From the NCBI GenBank assembly GCA_053919585.1, contig CM132798.1: a stretch of DNA of 64,000 bases. One strand, 5' to 3'. How positions within the stretch are numbered: the first letter of the stretch is position 1; each line of letters begins with the position of its first letter. The stretch comes from Euprymna scolopes. Taxonomy: Eukaryota. A program made the translations under genes and the position numbers. Of this stretch, positions 39,871 to 54,150 are shown one piece after another. The notes beneath the pieces were generated by a model. It was not told where the DNA came from, made no database searches, and saw only the letters and a list, made by a program, of their open reading frames with translations.

Positions 39871-40197
39871 CTCAATCAATAAATTACATAAACACACACT
39901 CATTTTGTTTCAGTTACACACACCTATATTTGTATTTTAACTGACATATGTTGTCCAGAAACAATATCAACTGCGTCTATATGACGTTATTAAACTTTTC
40001 AACGTCTATTTTCCTTGCTTAAATGGACCATGCGTTTCACAAGAACAGTATCTAATATTTGTGCTGATGTTTTTATTCACTTTATTTTATTCATCCACAG
40101 GAAATCTCGAAATAAAGACGCAACGTTGGTGAATACATTACTCGGTGTGTTCCTTTTTTATTTCTCTATTTCGTCAGAAAACTATTTTTATTATTCT

Positions 40198-40240
<43 letters not shown>

Positions 40241-41229
40241 TATTTATTTATATATATATAGAGAGAGAGATTGATAGATAGATACATAGTTAGATAGATA
40301 TACATTGTGTTGACTTTTTAAGTTTATAGCGAACATATATGAATTGCAATGAAAGAATCCTGTTACAAAAGTAAATATTGAAAACTGTCAATTCATATTA
40401 TAGCGCATTTATAGAAAAGCATAATTTTAAAAGGAATGCATAAAAATTAAACACATGTTACAGTTTGGTTCACTGATAATATTGAGTCGTATTATTTTGT
40501 GCAGTCGTTTAAAGAAACGTACGTACATGTGAGAATAACTTGTAGTACATAATACATATTATTATACACATTGGCATTCTACTATTCCTTGCGGGACTTT
40601 CAGTGCGAAACGACCTTTTAAAACGATGTACGTTTTACGTAATTTCAATCAATTCCAATCTTATCTAAAGCACTACTCGCTAAAAAAAAAAATGTTAAAG
40701 AAGACGGGTCCTGTAAATATTTTTCATATTGTTGTTTTGGTTACATGATTTTCCATTCTGATTAATAACAGATAATTGAATATTAAGGCATGTGCCTTGT
40801 ACAGGTCATGACTATACACAAGAACCTTAAATATAACAAACTATGACTAAAATATTTCGAAGAAAATACGCATACAAAACCTGGAATTAATTTTGTAAGG
40901 GAGTCACTAAATAAAACAAATGCATTAATAACACAACACAAAATGGTCACATATGTTCGGATTTAAGTGTCTGTTACTGTAATGTAGGATTTAAATAGAA
41001 ATAGAAAAAATAAAAATAGTAAGAGAAAAAAAGTAGTTTACTTTGTTCACATTTTTTGTTTCTGTGTATATTTAAAGTAAGCGTCATTATTCTTGTTTTT
41101 GAGGTCAGGTTTTCGAGACACTCGTAATTATTGGCAAATCCTCAATAGAAGAATTAAGTTACACTCTGATAATAGAAACAAAAAAACACGATTGCCCTTA
41201 ATAAGAAGCACCAATTGTACTTATATATA

Positions 41230-42827
41230 CAGTGCCGGCAAAAAAAAAGTCAGCAATTGTATTTTTTCAAAAAATGCAAATTTTAGCTAAATTTAATATA
41301 ACTGTTTAAACAGCCTATACCTCATTTGATTCGGCATTTATACCTATTCATATTTGACTTTTAATTGAAATGATCTAGTGTTCACGTCAATTTAAAAAAT
41401 AATAATTTGAAATTGAGGAGGCAAAAAGAAAGTCCGCAGCACCAAATTCGCTAAAACCAGCTTAAATTATCGCCCCTAAATCAGTTTAAAATATCAACCA
41501 ACAGGCAACAAAGCATCTCCAATCGTAATTGTTCTTGTGTCAGGTTATACAACGTAACATTTTGTCCATATCCACGACTTTCTCTTAGTGATCGTCAGGA
41601 GCCTAATTATCTCCACCTTTCTGTGTATCCAATCGAGAAATCGGCCGCACATTGAAATGTGATGAGAAAACGGTATGAAAGACTGCAAAACCACAAAACA
41701 CTGGCAGTGTTCGTGGTGCCCATAAATCTGAACTTACTAGAATTACTTATAGCAGGGAAGACAATGCTATCAAGATCCGCAGCTTAACAACCAGATTTGA
41801 AACTGCTCCCCAAATCCAACAACAGTACAATATTGTTAAAAATTGTTCTCTTTCTCCTGTCAAGAACAGATCAAAGGAGTTTAATTTGCGAGGATACGTT
41901 GCAAGGCGCAAGCCACTGATTTCTGTAAAGAACAGAAAGCGGCGCCTGGACTTCGTCAGATGCAACAAAAAACATGACTCTTCATATTGGTCAAAAGTCC
42001 TTTTTAGTGGCGAAGACAAGCTCAATAGGCTGGGCAGTGATGATAGGCAGATGTGTGTCGGAGGAGAGACGAAGAATTTAATCCTAGGTGCGCGGTTAAC
42101 ACGCTGCAAGGTGGTGGAGATTCAGCTTTGGTGTGGACATATAGTTCGCTTGTAAGGTCGAATTAATTCGATCAATTACATTAATATATTGACTGAGCAA
42201 TATTCTACCCAACTTAGTCGGAATTTGGATGATAATCCAATCTCCATGCAGTATAATTATCCCATTCACTCAGCTGGCAATGTCAAAAGGTTCTTGGAAG
42301 AGCATAATATTTAGTGTTTGGATTGGCCTGCACAATCTTTAGACCTGCATTCTATCGAAAATGTATGGCATGTCATCAAGCAACAGCTACGCAATGATAA
42401 ACTTTCAAATTTGGAAGATGTTTGGACAAAAATGTTTAAAAAGTGGGATGCCCTTTCTCCGGAGTATTGCTGCAATATTATTCAACGAATTCACAAAAGA
42501 CTGAAGGCTGTCAAATGCTAGTCAATATTTACCAGTGCATTGTGTCACTCTTGTATTTGTGTTACATTACTGTTTTAAAGTTACATTTAAATAACCATTT
42601 TAAATTGTGGGGACTTTCTTTTTGCCTCCCCGATTCACAGTTATTTCTTTTAAATTGACGTGGACATTAGAATATTTCAAGTAAAGGTAAAATGTAAATA
42701 AGTAAAATTATAGCAAAATAAGAAGTCAATAAAATGAGGTATAAGTTTGTTTAAACAGTAACATTAAATTTAGCATCAATCTGAAGTTTTTGAAAAAAAT
42801 TACAAGTGGTGACTTTGTTTTTGTCGC

Positions 42828-42830
<3 letters not shown>
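41230..42830 (+). mobile_element. Older Tc1-family transposon (IR/DR type) with decayed transposase
   Basis: TA-CAGTG...CTG-TA ends and ~210-225-bp diverged TIRs with inner repeat ggcaaaaagaaagtc; remnants VARRKPLIS...WSKVLFSGE, QGGG, DWPAQSLDLHSIENVW. Confidence 0.9.
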
Positions 42831-42889
<59 letters not shown>

Positions 42890-42938
42890 GTGTTTGAATA
42901 TACGTGTATGCATATATGTATGGGCGTATAGGTATGCG

Positions 42939-42993
<55 letters not shown>

Positions 42994-43224
42994 GTTTACA
43001 CAAATACATACACATATATAGGGAAAGGGGGTTGGCTGGGCAAGGTCACAAGGAAGACAACGTAAACAATAAATTGAAGCTGCATTCATAAAATATACAA
43101 GAATGTAGGCAACCTTGGATATACTTTATTAGGTTTAAAATATAGATTCTTCTTGCCAATTATCAGAAACGATACCATTAGATAGTATTATAGTATTCAA
43201 AGACCGTAGGATAATTAGATAGAT

Positions 43225-43315
<91 letters not shown>

Positions 43316-43508
43316 TAGCACTCGTTTCTCTGGCAATTTTATAAATTAGTAAACTATATAAAGTCGTACCGTATTTCTAAAAAAGGTGAGATATAGTAAA
43401 TGAGAATTATTTAGAATTAAATCTCTCCTTCCTATTTTTTCCGATCGTTTGGAACTATAGCAGAAAGTTTTTCTCCTCCTTCTATCAAGGCCAGAGGTTC
43501 TTGAGAAA

Positions 43509-43546
<38 letters not shown>

Positions 43547-43937
43547 GTATGTATATATATATATATATATATAATGATGATAATAAAATAAAAATTACAA
43601 TTAAATTTACCAAAATGATCCAAGATAGTAAAACAAAAGTATATTATAAATATTAAAGAATTAATATTTACAAAGTCATCTCAACCAGATGTAAAAGCTC
43701 AATAAAACCAAATAGGAGATAGAACTTATAATATTAAGTGTTTCCTTTTCAGATTAAATATGTTTTTAACATGTTTNNNNNNNNNNNNNNNNNNNNNNNN
43801 NNNNNNNNNNNNNNNNNNNNNNNNNNNNNNNNNNNNNNNNNNNNNNNNNNNNNNNNNNNNNNNNNNNNNNNNNNNNNNNNNNNNNNNNNNNNNNNNNNNN
43901 NNNNNNNNNNNNNNNNNNNNNNNNNNNNNNNNNNNNN

Positions 43938-43999
43938 AGTAACACATGTTTCTGTCACCGAATCTTATCAACGACTATATTCATCATACTTAACAGAAG
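43938..43999 (-). ncRNA. Type-I hammerhead motif (family A, C3 mutated, partial helix II deletion)
   Basis: Minus strand cttctgtta-agt-aTGATGA-atatagtcgttgataagattcggtgaca-GAAA-catgtg-TT-act. Confidence 0.6.
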
Positions 44000-44003
44000 T
44001 TTA

Positions 44004-44068
44004 AGTTTGACGAAGTTGCCGGATTGTTGACACGATTAGGTAACAGAAACATATGTAACTAAGCAGAG
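44004..44068 (+). ncRNA. Type-I hammerhead motif (family A, C3 mutated to T)
   Basis: agt-tTGACGA-a-gttgccggattg-ttgaca-cgattaggtaac-a-GAAA-catatg-TA-act-aagcagag. Confidence 0.72.
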
Positions 44069-44151
44069 AAAATGTAATTCAATACATGCCCTGCAATACT
44101 ATTGAGCTTTTTCGTCAGTTTATTACTAATTACCAGCTTTAATACATACAT

Positions 44152-44385
44152 ATATAAATATATAAATACCCGTTCACATATACCCTACACGATAAAGCTA
44201 GAACCCAGGATTAGATAGAATCGAGCAATAGCATCGACAACAGACAACGCCAGACCCAAAGGAGGTCTGGATGTACTGCCTCTCATCAGAGACGTGCTCC
44301 GACATTGGCGCGAACCCAGGTCGTCGCACTCATGAAGTGTGCAATACTGACGACATAACAATATGGGCCACGGCGCAAACTATTG
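44152..44385 (-). mobile_element. tRNA-derived SINE (left arm of an inverted pair)
   Basis: Reverse-complement homologue of 44481-44687, with B-box-like GGTTCGCGCC on the minus strand. Confidence 0.7.
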
Positions 44386-44480
44386 GCTATGCGTCGATTT
44401 TTTATATTCTTATATTTTTTATCCAGTTCTACATTCTACGATGTGACAAGCAACGCGTCCAATACAAGTAAGATAGTTAC

Positions 44481-44687
44481 TGCTCGAATGGTGTGGCCGT
44501 CAGTATTGCACACTTCATGAGTGCGACGACCTAGGTTCGTGCCTATGTCGGACCACGTCACTGATGAGATGCAGTACATCCAGGTCCCCTTTGGGTCGGT
44601 CGTTTTCCGTTGTCGATTCTATATAATTCTGGGTTCTAGCTTTATCGTGAAACGTGTATGTGAACGGGTATTTATATATTTATCTAT
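44481..44687 (+). mobile_element. tRNA-derived SINE (right arm of an inverted pair)
   Basis: tggtgtggccgtc (A-box-like), cac-ttCATga-gtg anticodon-like loop, GGTTCGTGCC (B-box-like), then a ~130-bp body ending gtgaacgggtatttatat. Confidence 0.7.
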
Positions 44688-44702
44688 AATCCCCTCTTAA
44701 TG

Positions 44703-44784
<82 letters not shown>

Positions 44785-47101
44785 TTGCATATAATTACAA
44801 CCAAAATTATGACATAATAGAAATAGTTTAAACAAATATATAACATAGTTTCCATTTTTGTATAAATTTTGAAATGTAAAATTTAAAAACTTGTAGCTAT
44901 ATATTAAGATGCTATATTTTTTTGTAGGTCGACATCTGGTCCATTTACTTAAGGATGCAACGTAAGGCTTGTTTGCTTTAATATTCGATCCCTTTTACTT
45001 TTAATATCGACGGTTACGTGAAAATTTTTACGGGGGGGTATATTTTCGCTACAAAAATCCGCAGTGATGAGTGTTCGAATATCGATATGTGTTTCACAAA
45101 AACTATATTTCTATTGTAGTCTCATTAATAGTAATACTAGTTTCGTTATTATTAGTAATAGTAATAGTAATAATTATTGGCATGCCTGTATCAGTAGTAA
45201 TGGTAAAATAACAGTGAATTATTAGCTATGTAAACAGTATTCATGTATTTCAATGCAGGTTCCAGTTAAACCTGATGCAAGTATGTTGTGTAGTTACAAA
45301 GTATGATATTTTGTTTTAAGCAGTATAAATAAAACTAACACAGAAATGGAAACCGACTCATTTATAAGATAAACAAGGCCATATGTGTTTTGGTCGTTTG
45401 TATGATAATGTTTAGGTGTTTATTGAAATCTTTTGGATGAATAAATGTGAGAAAAAAAAACAAGGACAAACATAATGCGAACACAATGAAGAAACGGGAA
45501 AACGTTTGGCTTCTAAAAACACGATGACATTGAAGTTAATAAAAACAATCTGATAAGAGAGACGAAAAAGAAAAGAGAAGAAACAAACTATCAATAAGGC
45601 GAGTTATTATTAGGCGAATAAAAGGAATAAACGAATCCATTCAAAGGACAAATTAATAAAAGATGGGGAAAAGAAAAATGTGGCATTGTAAGAAAAATAA
45701 TATGGTTGAATATAGGAACACACCGCATTGAAAACATTTTTTTAAAAACCAGTCACCGTTTATTAAAGTCCAGTATACGCGAGAATAAGTGATAATAAAT
45801 GTTGGTAGTGGACCGTTAAACATCGAGGGTATTTATAGTTTTGTTTGTAACTGGAAAAATTGTACTGATGTTAAGGATGACCCAACAACAATTTATTTTT
45901 TTAGACATGAAAATGGAGAATGCTTTATTCCACTGGGAAGACACGCGGTGATTCTCTTTAATATACACTCTCCTTTAGAAGATAAACTTACTAATGTAAT
46001 TTGTTTACTTTAGACTTGAAAATGGGCAATGTTTTCCTTCACTGGTTAGACACACAATACTCCCCTTGAAGATACGGGTTCTTTTAGGAGATACACTTTT
46101 TTAATTTAATTCATTTTACTTTATCGTACACGGGTCGAGAAAGAGGAATTTGTTATTAAACTAGATTTACTTTTTAATGTATTAAAGGTAAAATCATAGT
46201 CTGAAACTAATTCAACAGAATTGAATTAAAATAATGACAGAACATCGACATACTATCGCTATTTTTATGTGTTCAAGAGATGTAAATACATTTTATAACC
46301 GGTTGTGTACTATATCAACCCAAGCCCTCCGATGATATACAAGTAGATTTGAAAATAGTTCTCCACTAAACATATTTGATTATTATTTACGAACTTGATT
46401 GTTTCACAAGTGAAATGTTTTGGAAGATTAGAATTAGCTAACACTTTTTTACAATGATACTAGCAACAGATCTCATGTAAATCTTCAAGTTCAATACTAA
46501 AGCGTAGTCCAAACATAGAGGTTTATATTATAGTCATCTATAAAGTAGTTTATTGTGGAGTTAGAAAGGGTGCCAGTCGCTGGATTGAACTTATTTTCCC
46601 CCTATTATTTGCACATATTTATGTAGTGAAAATTGTTTGAATAAAATTAATTCATTAGTTAGTTAGTTAGTAGATGGAATTAATAATTTTATAATTTACA
46701 TAAAAATTAATAATTTTATTATATCATAATTAGGATAATTTAATTCTTTCTAACTCAACAATAAACAACAACATATGCAAATAATAAATAAAATATTTAT
46801 CAATATTCAAATTTTATTTTTAGCTGCAATATTTTAAGTCTAAAAAAATCTTATTTTTTACTTTACTAGAATATCTTGTTCTTTACTTTTCCTAGTTGAA
46901 TTTCTTGTCCTTTACTTTTCCAGGTTTAATAAAATCTTAAGAATATTGCTTTTCATGCGCGCATTTTTCCATATAATCCATGATTTTTCCAGGCATTGCT
47001 ATTGTATTAATATATAAATTTATAATATTTATTAATGATTGTCAAAAAAAAATTAGCTCTCAAACACACATTTATGCAATATTTATCATTCAATCACAGT
47101 A

Positions 47102-47545
47102 GTTCCGAGCCAGGGTCTCTACCGAGACTGCGGTTCATGAATTCGTGATATGTATAGAGCGTAAACTAACAAAAAAGAAGATGGCACTCGGTGTCTTTTT
47201 AGATATCCTTGGAGCTTTTGACAACATACCCTTCAGTAGTATGTTCAAGTCGCTACGAGAACTCAATGTGCCACCAGTACTCATCCGATGGATTGAGTAT
47301 ATGGTAAGGCACAGAACAGTTCAAGTAGAACTACTGAGGGCAACTGTTAAAAGGGAAGTAGTTAAATGAAACCCCCAAAGTGGGATTTTATCACCTTTAC
47401 TATGGAACTGTATGCTGAATCCTCTTTTAAAGGAGTTTAAAAATAGGAATATTTATGCCCAGGCTGATGCTGATGACATCGCAGTGCTGGTCGCGGGTTC
47501 AAAAGCATCATTGGTCAGACGCATTGCCAAAATGGGACTACATTT
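47102..47545 (+). pseudogene. Non-LTR reverse transcriptase fragment (R1/Loa/Lian-like)
   Basis: FRARVSTETAVH...MALGVFLDILGAFDN...(G)PQSGILSPLLWN...QADADDIAVLV; one internal stop. Confidence 0.85.
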
Positions 47546-47883
47546 TTCATCAAATGTGATAACGAAAAATTTGAGTTCATTCAAAGAATATGTATATCAT
47601 AGAATTCGCTAATACTTTTAATCGATAAATTCACCATTTTTTGCTATAAAATCATCAGGAGAGTTTTAAAAAATTAGTTATTAAAAAAAAGTTCAGTTTT
47701 TTAATTATAAAAAAAAAACGATACACGGGATTGGACCTAAAATCTTTCCACCAACCCCCGGTACTCTAACCCTTACGATAACATGTCATATTGGCAAAAT
47801 CGAATACTTTATACTATAATTTCATGTATCCTAAGTATTTCACTTTATTTCTATACATACTTAAATACACACATGGCGCTGCA

Positions 47884-47931
<48 letters not shown>

Positions 47932-47943
<12 letters not shown>

Positions 47944-48701
47944 AGCTGAATGTCTATGTGTGTTTGTGTGCGTGTCTTGTCACGAATAGGCTCCTATATG
48001 GTTAACTATTTTAAAAAAAAGCTAATTACATATAATGATAGAAGATTTATCGAGACACAGGAATGGGTATGTTTTATCCTGCAGAACTGTGGTTCATTAA
48101 AATTGTGGGGTCTGCGTTCTCGCCCAGTACACAAGGTATGGAAATATAAAATGAAAAAAAAACAAAAACAAACGTCTACAAGTGTTTTTGTTATAGATAT
48201 GCATAATATTACTTTTATAAGAATGTTTTAACTTAAATAGGGATGGTATAATAACATTGTTGGTCTGCGTTCGCGCTGGTCTCCATAAAATGGAAATGGG
48301 CACAAACTTTAGTAAAGACTTTTCATATCTATCTGCGTAATTATTTTTTGATAATTATGTTTTAGTTTAAAGAAATATGGTATAATGAAATTATGGGGCA
48401 TTCGTTCGCGCATGACCTCCATAGAATGGAAATATATCACAAAGTTTAACAAGGTTTTTTTAATATAGATCCACAGAATATTGTGATAAGTGTTTCAGTG
48501 TGAACAGGTATGATATAATAAATTATGGGGTTTATCTATTTTATTTTTACTTTCATGATATTTTGCGTTGGTTTTGATACCCCTAAATTCGAAGCTATCT
48601 CTTTACAACCTTCCTTTTCATAACTTATCATGCTTTCATAAATCAGAGTCCATTTTCTGTAGGCTGTTTTTGAACCCAGTCAACGAGTGGTACTTTTGCT
48701 A

Positions 48702-48702
<1 letters not shown>
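47932..48702 (+). mobile_element. Non-autonomous Helitron (family H1, copy 2) inside (TA)n
   Basis: Collinear with 7835-8609; ends cccagtcaacgagtgg-tacttttgCTAG-T. Confidence 0.85.
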
Positions 48703-48772
<70 letters not shown>

Positions 48773-49150
48773 AGGCTGATGGATAATTTGATTCGGCATA
48801 TACACATTTTCTTCTAATCTTTTAGGTTTAGAGATTATTCTGTTTGCATTTTTTTATTATTCAAATTGACAACATCTGACGTCCTAAATTGTAGAAATTT
48901 GAGATACCACACAATGGACTATCTGGTTTACTTTACGCACTTTTTGTAAAACAGGAAAATCTAATTAAATAACAAGTCGCGCTTCACACAAACTCACAAT
49001 CACACACACGCGTGCATAATATATGATTAGATAGTACTGCAAAAATCCAAACCAAGAATACAACTTAGCATTCATTAAATCGTTTTCTCTTGTTGGGCAT
49101 TATGTATATAGCTCGATTTACTGTTTATTGTGTGCTTATAATTTCAATTG

Positions 49151-49221
<71 letters not shown>

Positions 49222-52200
49222 CTTTTGTTGGATTAGGGTGTAGCGAGCAATGGGGATAAAAGCTACTGTCTCTCAAATGTTTTTCTCTGGTATAATAAGA
49301 CGGAGACAATTACCGCCATAACAATCTAATCTAATATTAGAAACAAGGAAAGTAATATACAAGTCTACGAATGGATATATTTTTCTAAGGAGGCAACACA
49401 TTATCGAGACTATAAACTATTCAAGTAGAATAAAAAAAGAAATCATGTTCCTAACAAATATTGAAAATATTTTGAAGAGATTTTAATTATTTGTATAATA
49501 TGGATTAAGCGTGGAAACCCGTATAGGCGACTAATTTTACTTGGGAAGCAATCACATATCAAGGCATACAGGCCACTCAAGGATGCCCGTTAATACATTT
49601 TATATAGGAGTATAGTAATCGTTAATGGTGCAAATAGTGTAGACTAATTATTATAGAAGGCAAGCAGAACAGTATTCTATAGGCCGGCCGTTTTGGAGGG
49701 AAACCTTTGGTCATAGAATATGCGTTAAGATTAATAGCACATATATAGAGTTGGGCAAATAACATACAATTATTGTAGCAAGGTAAGTTTTTTTTTGTGG
49801 ATGGTGTGCACAGAGGGCCGTAGATAACAGTTCAGTCGAGCACTTGCCATTAAAATTACAATAGAACAGAGAGGTTATCACGGTCTTCTCCGTGGGAAAA
49901 TGGTATCATAGAAAAAGAAAGGATATCAACTTATAAATTTTGAAACCGATTAGGAACTCTATCGAGGCGAGATATGGCACGCCGAGAAGCTCATGCAAAG
50001 ATGTGGCTACAATACTTTATTCTATGATGTACAGATAGAGAATAGCATCCGCAGTGATATAATGCTAGAACAGTAGATTGATTCAACCATTTTTAGATTT
50101 TTTACACAAATTTCATGCATGTGTTCTATTTAAAAATAAGAAGAAACGGCAAGTTCGAGAAGTGTAGCAAAACATGGTGACTCCCCAAGACAAGATACAT
50201 TCATTTCAATTGGGACATGATCGGAGATGAGAGCGTTTATGACGAAAGGAGCGATGCTTGGTTTCCGATGCATAAAATTAACCAGTCTAAATTTCTGTTC
50301 ATGACACCAAATTCTCAAGTCGAGAGAAGAGAGAATCAGATAGATCTTGGTAATTGTTTGCCATGTCAACGAATGATATACGAATGTGATTTGGGAGATC
50401 ATTGACGTAGACCAGGAACATTTAATCCAAGTATAGGACGTTCAGGGGCGCTAGCGTAATTCCTCTGAGTTTCTGATTTCTTCGCATTAAGATTACTTTT
50501 ATAATCGTATTGCTCTAGAAATAAACCCCCTGCCGAGAGATTTGCTGATGCAGTAATAATGCAGGTAGCACCTTATCTTTAGATCTCGCAGAACGGCAAT
50601 CGTATTGCAGGTTATTTTTGATGAGGTTGTTCACCACTTCTTTCTTTTTTTACAAATTCTAGCAACTTGTGATGCACAGAAAACTGTTTGATCGGCACTG
50701 GCCGATCTCAGGTTTTTTTTTATAAACGGAGAAGACAGATGAAATTTTCCAGGATGTTGACGAGTATCTCTTAAGTCAACGTTTAACAGTTTGTAAGTAT
50801 GTGAGATAAAATTTCAAGAGTAGGCAGGCTATACTAAGAATAAAATAGTGAATCTTGTAAGATTTATGGGTGATAATTGTCGGCACGATACAAGCTGGGT
50901 TATTTCTATGTTAAATTCTTATAAACGTTGAATGTTTTATCCTCAGTACAGGTACTACTATAAATAGTACTTAAAATTATTTATTCCATGGAAAATTATA
51001 TTTACAAAACCGAGTATGATACAAAGATCCCCGAAAATGTCCATTGTTTTTCAAAGTACACTCAAACTAAGAACAACGGCCGAATAATTCAGATAGACAC
51101 ATCAGTTTCTCTTTGTCTGTTTAGTTAATAGAGTTTTTGCGCCTATGCTTCTCGAAACGACCTCAAAGTGGTAGAAGGGCGAAAGGAAAATTTCGTTTTA
51201 TATACCTGCAATGTTCTGTATGAGTCTAGAGCACTATTAAAAATATTCTTGTTATAACTCAGGGAACTCAAGTTTGAGTATTAAATTTATCCATGGATGC
51301 ATACATGTATGCACCCTTTTTCCATACACATATTCTGAGTATTAATAAAACAGTTTATTTTAATCGTTTCTCTTTTTTTTCCAGAGAAAACATTTGCATA
51401 GTTTCCTAACTACGATAACCTTTAACGATAGGAATTTGTGAGGAAGGATATCATCAACGTTCTTTTGTCAAAACGATCAAGTGTAACACGAATCTATTTT
51501 ATCGCTATCTTTTCCTAGTAATTTTGTATACATATTTTTCTGTTACTCTCCAAACACTTTTTATTTTCTTGACACTCCGTTTCTTTCCCATTCCACTTCA
51601 TGCATATTCTCTACCGAACAGCTTTCGGCTACACATTTTCTATGGATGATCTTGTTATAGACTATATTTTTGTTTCCGTATTAAACTTTTATTATCAATT
51701 ACAGTTGACGTTGCATTTAATTAAATTATGAAATGTGAGTCCCTGACTTTTGTAGATGGATATCAATAAGAATCGAACCTGATACATATCAGGCTTTAGA
51801 AAAGTGCGTATTTTCTCTTTATACATGTTCAATTGATTGTTGAACCAGTCGATCAGATGTTTACCTGGGGCCCCAAAATATCGTCTCCGTAAATATTTGC
51901 ATCTTTTCTCATTCTCTCATAAACGCATATATCACTTCTTCTAACAGTTTTTTATTCCCCTCGCCCTTTGATTATCACTACCAGACTCACACATATCCTC
52001 ACGCATACGATTATTTTATTATTTCGTCACATAATTTTAGTGTCCTTGCATCTCAATTATTTCCATACTCTAGTGTAAACATTTAGCTATACAAATATTA
52101 CAATCGATTATATTATAAAACTCAAATCGTTTTGTCTGGCCGTTGAAACTGTCTATTAACTTCCTATTTACTAGTTCCGGTTTACGAGGTCCGGTTTATA

Positions 52201-52399
52201 ATATATTGATTACACGCAAGAAATAAAAACAAAAACATGGACGCCTTTTTAATCGACAACTTTTACGATTTAAATATGCAAATAAAAACAGAACTATCAA
52301 CATGTATTGCATTTTCTACACCGGCATTTTACGAATATAATTCGTATTTGTTTATATTGTACGCTATTCAAAATGCCCTACTCTTAAGTAAAACAGAAA

Positions 52400-53080
52400 A
52401 ATACATCATGGCTAAGAACTGTGTATATGACATCTCATGTAAATGTGGAAAACTATACAAAGGTGATACGCACCCTTAACTAAAAGTACAATCAGAAGAA
52501 CATCGAAAATCCGAAGTTCATGGAGAGATTGAAAATTCAGTTATAGCTAACCATATATTCAAAAGGAAAATGAGAACTCTTGAGTTGAAAGCCATGTTTA
52601 GTTTAAGCACAGTTTCCGATTGTTATTTGTTCTATAGAAGTCCTGGAAGTGACGATTTCTCAGTAGTCAGCTGTTCTGTACAGGTTCTGAACTTTATAAT
52701 GTTGTAGCCAAAGAGCAAAAGATTCTTCCCGTGTTGGCTCGAAGGAAACATGCAAAGTTGCTAAAAAGTTTTTTTTTTTGTTTATGGAACAATTCTGGTT
52801 TCTGATTGGTTGGTAGCTGAACGTGAATTAATTTGATTCGTCCTTTCCTAACAGTAGAGTTTATAAATAGTCCATCTCAACTGTCATTGACCATTCCTGA
52901 TTCCTAAAATATTGCAACATTAACCATCTACCAGTATAGGACGAGGAAACATTTTAGATAGAGAAGAACGGCTGAGATAAAGACGACTCAAACAAGCTGC
53001 ACATATGCTGTGGAATAACCAATTACTAAGTATGCCTACTATAGAATTTAATACTATATGGGGACCATTAATTATGAGCA
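52400..53080 (+). pseudogene. PLE GIY-YIG endonuclease fragment interrupted by a ~350-bp insertion
   Basis: KNCVYDISCKCGKLYKGDT...KVQSEEHRK...ENSVIANHIF, then after 52920 NHLP...ILDREE...RRLKQAAHM...NTIWGPLI. Confidence 0.7.
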
Positions 53081-53339
53081 ATAGATAATATATGAAAGTA
53101 ATACGCATATATTGAGATATATATGTGTTCATATAAAGTAATAAATATTAATAGTGGCATTTACCATTAGAAATTATAAGAGGACTAAGGTTCCTTAAAT
53201 CCGTACCAGATTTGTCTGCATTGAGTTGTAATGCAGTGGTTTGAGAACTTGAAATAATCAATTGTATAAAGTGATATTCTCCTTGAATATTCAATCATCA
53301 GTGTGGGTGAACGAAACATACAATTGTGAGGGGGTTCTT

Positions 53340-53942
53340 GTCACAGGTCACCAAATGTGACATTTTCAGGTCAGGGGCAACAAGTGTGAACCTCAGGGAT
53401 CCCTAAATAGGGGCCCCTTATCACATACGCGTCGTGATCGTCTTCACAGGTAATTCTTCGTAAGTCCTCTCGGCGCAGCAGGGCTCGTTGATCGGGTTGA
53501 TCAGTGTCGATTTCACCTGTCAGGCTGGAAGAAAAACAAGCTCAGATATTTCTAGGTTACGTAGTTAATTCAAGTTTAATTTACAAAATAGGATATGAAC
53601 TTATATAGTGCTGTCCAGTTGTTGATTTATTACAAAACACTATTGAGTATCAATTAGACTTAGTACTCTCCGTTTTCGTGGTAGCGACGGACGGGTTGAA
53701 AAGGGTGTCGCGGCAACCTTTCGGTTAATGTTAGATTCGCTCAAGACCAAGCTTCAGACTGATTTTGACCCGGGGATTCGCTTTTGTACAGAGTTTATGG
53801 GGTAGTTCGGGCTGTTGGTTGGTTACGTCATCACCGGGGGAATTTCCGATTCCCTGCGTGTATGCTTGTGATTCTGCGAACGCTCGCAGTTTTGGTTCTC
53901 ACGATCAGGGAGGTTAACCCCGTGACCCCTCCTCTGGCCTCA
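53340..53942 (-). mobile_element. LTR (~590 bp) plus primer-binding site of an LTR retrotransposon; internal region absent
   Basis: Minus strand TG(aggcc)...(gtca)CA at 53942-53356 followed by tt-TGGTGACC (PBS-like); GC-richer than the flanks. Confidence 0.5.
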
Positions 53943-54104
53943 AAAAACGAAATCATATTCGTTATGTACTCAAAACGACATCAAATTCCTACCAAACAAT
54001 AAAATATATATGCCTGTTTCACGAACATAATAAAATACATTATATTGGTAGTTATGCGATGGCTAGGGCAGCACAATTGAAAGAAGCAAAATCAGTTGGG
54101 TTTA

Positions 54105-54150
<46 letters not shown>

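Noticed and set aside
49250-51500. Highly decayed APE/RT LINE on the plus strand
   Set aside because: Composition suggests old coding TE sequence, but I could not read any unambiguous motif.
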